64,000 nucleotides of DNA, taken from the NCBI GenBank assembly GCA_963841675.1, contig CAWJEH010000017.1, forward strand, positions 95,229 through 159,228, in the 5' to 3' direction. A model generated the notes under the pieces. The model worked only from the letters and a program-made list of their open reading frames with translations, searched no databases and was not told where the DNA came from. This document shows, piece after piece, positions 63,037 through 64,000 of the stretch. Made by a program: the position numbers and the translations under genes. The stretch's first letter is position 1. Every line of letters begins with the position of its first letter. The DNA comes from Terriglobia bacterium. Its GTDB lineage: Bacteria; Acidobacteriota; Terriglobia; Bryobacterales; Bryobacteraceae.

Positions 63037-63891
63037 TTACACTTCAGCAACAATCGGGTTGCGGAGTTCGCCGATGCCTGGAATTTTAATGACCACTTCT
63101 TCTCCAGCGCGTAGGAAGCGCGGAGGGGTGCGAGTGAATCCCACGCCGGCCGGCGTACCGGTAGAGACGATGTCTCCCGGTTCGAGGGTAAATACACTCG
63201 ACAGGAAGGCGATCAGATCAGGAATCTTGAAGATCAGCTCGCGGGTATTCGACTTTTGCAACACTTCGCCGTTGATATCAAGCTGAATATCGAGCGCATG
63301 CGGATCATGAATTTCGTCGGCTGTGACGATCCACGGGCCAAGAGGCGCGAAGGTATCGAAGGTCTTGCCCATCAACCATTGCGAGGTAGCGCGTTGGTAA
63401 TCCCGTGCCGAAACGTCATTCATGATCGTGTACCCGAAGACGTGGCCCGCCCAATCGTGCGCCGCAATGTGGCGGCCACCGCGTCCAATTACGAAAGCCA
63501 GTTCGGCCTCATAATCAGGAGCTTTTGAGACCTTGGGCAGAACGATGTTGTCTCCGGGGCCAATGACAGAGGTCGCGAACTTGTTGAAGATCGTCGGAAC
63601 CTTCGGAACCTCTGCGCCGGTTTCCTTCGCATGATCGAGGTAGTTTAGCCCCACGCAAATCAGTTTTCGTGGCTGTGGAAGGGGAGCAAGCAACTTGACC
63701 TCGCTAAGCCGGTACCTGGCGTTTAGGGGAGCCTCCGCGATGAGTTTTTCAAGCTGGGACTGTCCAACTACACTGTGTTTGATAAGGTCAAGAACAGTAG
63801 AGAATCCGGCGGCTCTAAGATCGAGCACGAAATCCCCGGAAATGACACCCGGATGGCTTTGACCACCTGCTTCGAAGGTAACAATGCGCAT
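63037..63891 (-). CDS. fumarylacetoacetate hydrolase (FAH)-family protein
   Basis: 284 aa with blocks KLICVGLNYLDHA, YEAELAFVIG, NDVSARD and PGDIVSTGTPAGVG. Confidence 0.9.
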   Translation of the reverse strand: MRIVTFEAGGQSHPGVISGDFVLDLRAAGFSTVLDLIKHSVVGQSQLEKLIAEAPLNARYRLSEVKLLAPLPQPRKLICVGLNYLDHAKETGAEVPKVPTIFNKFATSVIGPGDNIVLPKVSKAPDYEAELAFVIGRGGRHIAAHDWAGHVFGYTIMNDVSARDYQRATSQWLMGKTFDTFAPLGPWIVTADEIHDPHALDIQLDINGEVLQKSNTRELIFKIPDLIAFLSSVFTLEPGDIVSTGTPAGVGFTRTPPRFLRAGEEVVIKIPGIGELRNPIVAEV

Positions 63892-63975
63892 GCTTGCATC
63901 TTAAGCTGTTGCTCTTTCTGCTAACCGCGCATTGAGCCGTGCGTCTAAAGGGCGGCTCGCGCCAGGAGTTTGCAT

Positions 63976-64000
63976 ATGCTGAATCGTCTCGCCCTCTCTT
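63976..64000 (+). CDS. possible 5' end of a gene running off the window (MLNRLALS...)
   Basis: ATG 63976 is preceded by AGGAG with an 8-nt spacer. Only 8 codons are visible, so the call is weak. Confidence 0.25.

Noticed and set aside
1-64000. A search by eye for CRISPR arrays, tRNA/rRNA genes, transposases, integrases, toxin-antitoxin pairs or known phage-defence gene sets.
   Set aside because: None was recognised. There are no regularly spaced direct repeats, no DDE or tyrosine-recombinase-like ORFs, and no nuclease/helicase/NTPase combinations typical of defence islands. The window looks like core or accessory chromosomal DNA rather than a mobile island.

Overview
This is a densely coding 64-kb chromosomal window from a moderately high-GC diderm bacterium. 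The gene content points to Acidobacteriota: CarboxypepD_reg-type TonB-dependent receptor, DUF1080, many sigma54 signals, and GT-C-rich membrane proteins. That taxonomic call is an inference, not a search result. I recognised no rRNA, tRNA, CRISPR array, transposase or integrase.

Main blocks:
(1) 1-5.3 kb, housekeeping: dacB (runs off the window), an amidinotransferase-fold enzyme, trigger factor and an MgtC/DUF4010 membrane protein.
(2) 5.3-19 kb, a complete Tad/Flp type IVc pilus locus split into three units:
- cpaB-cpaC-DUF192.
- tadG(frameshifted)-tadE-tadE.
- cpaA-cpaE-cpaF-tadB-tadC-smallORF-DUF192-PilZ.
(3) 19-32 kb, the flp pilin gene embedded in a glycosylation-type module. It holds a GtrB/ArnC-like polyprenyl-phosphate GT2, a SAM methyltransferase, five large polytopic GT-C-like membrane proteins and an orphan sigma54 enhancer-binding protein.
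(4) 32-37 kb, miscellaneous genes: DUF5658, DUF2383, a TreS-like GH13 and a Tat-signal M24 peptidase.
(5) 37-45 kb, an actinobacterial-style FHA / PP2C / Ser-Thr kinase / SEDS::bPBP-fusion / FHA cell-wall control operon.
(6) 45-57 kb: a DksA/TraR protein, a secreted repeat protein, a TonB-dependent receptor, PiT plus DUF47, DUF1080, an APC permease, and ROK kinase plus a sugar MFS transporter.
(7) 57-61 kb, a PspA/IM30 (YjfJ-like) envelope-stress cluster whose last gene, a lipoprotein, is broken at a G7 homopolymer.
(8) 61-64 kb: an FAD oxidoreductase, lpxD and an FAH-family hydrolase.

The most interesting result read directly from the DNA is a set of four near-identical -24/-12 (TGGC-N7-TTGC) promoters. 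They sit in front of flp, the cpaA operon, the cpaB operon and a GT-C glycosyltransferase, and recurring TGT-N2-ACA octamers lie upstream of them. This suggests a sigma54-controlled Tad pilus regulon physically and transcriptionally fused to a periplasmic glycosylation module. The candidate function is Flp pilin or pilus-associated glycosylation, and it is a hypothesis only.
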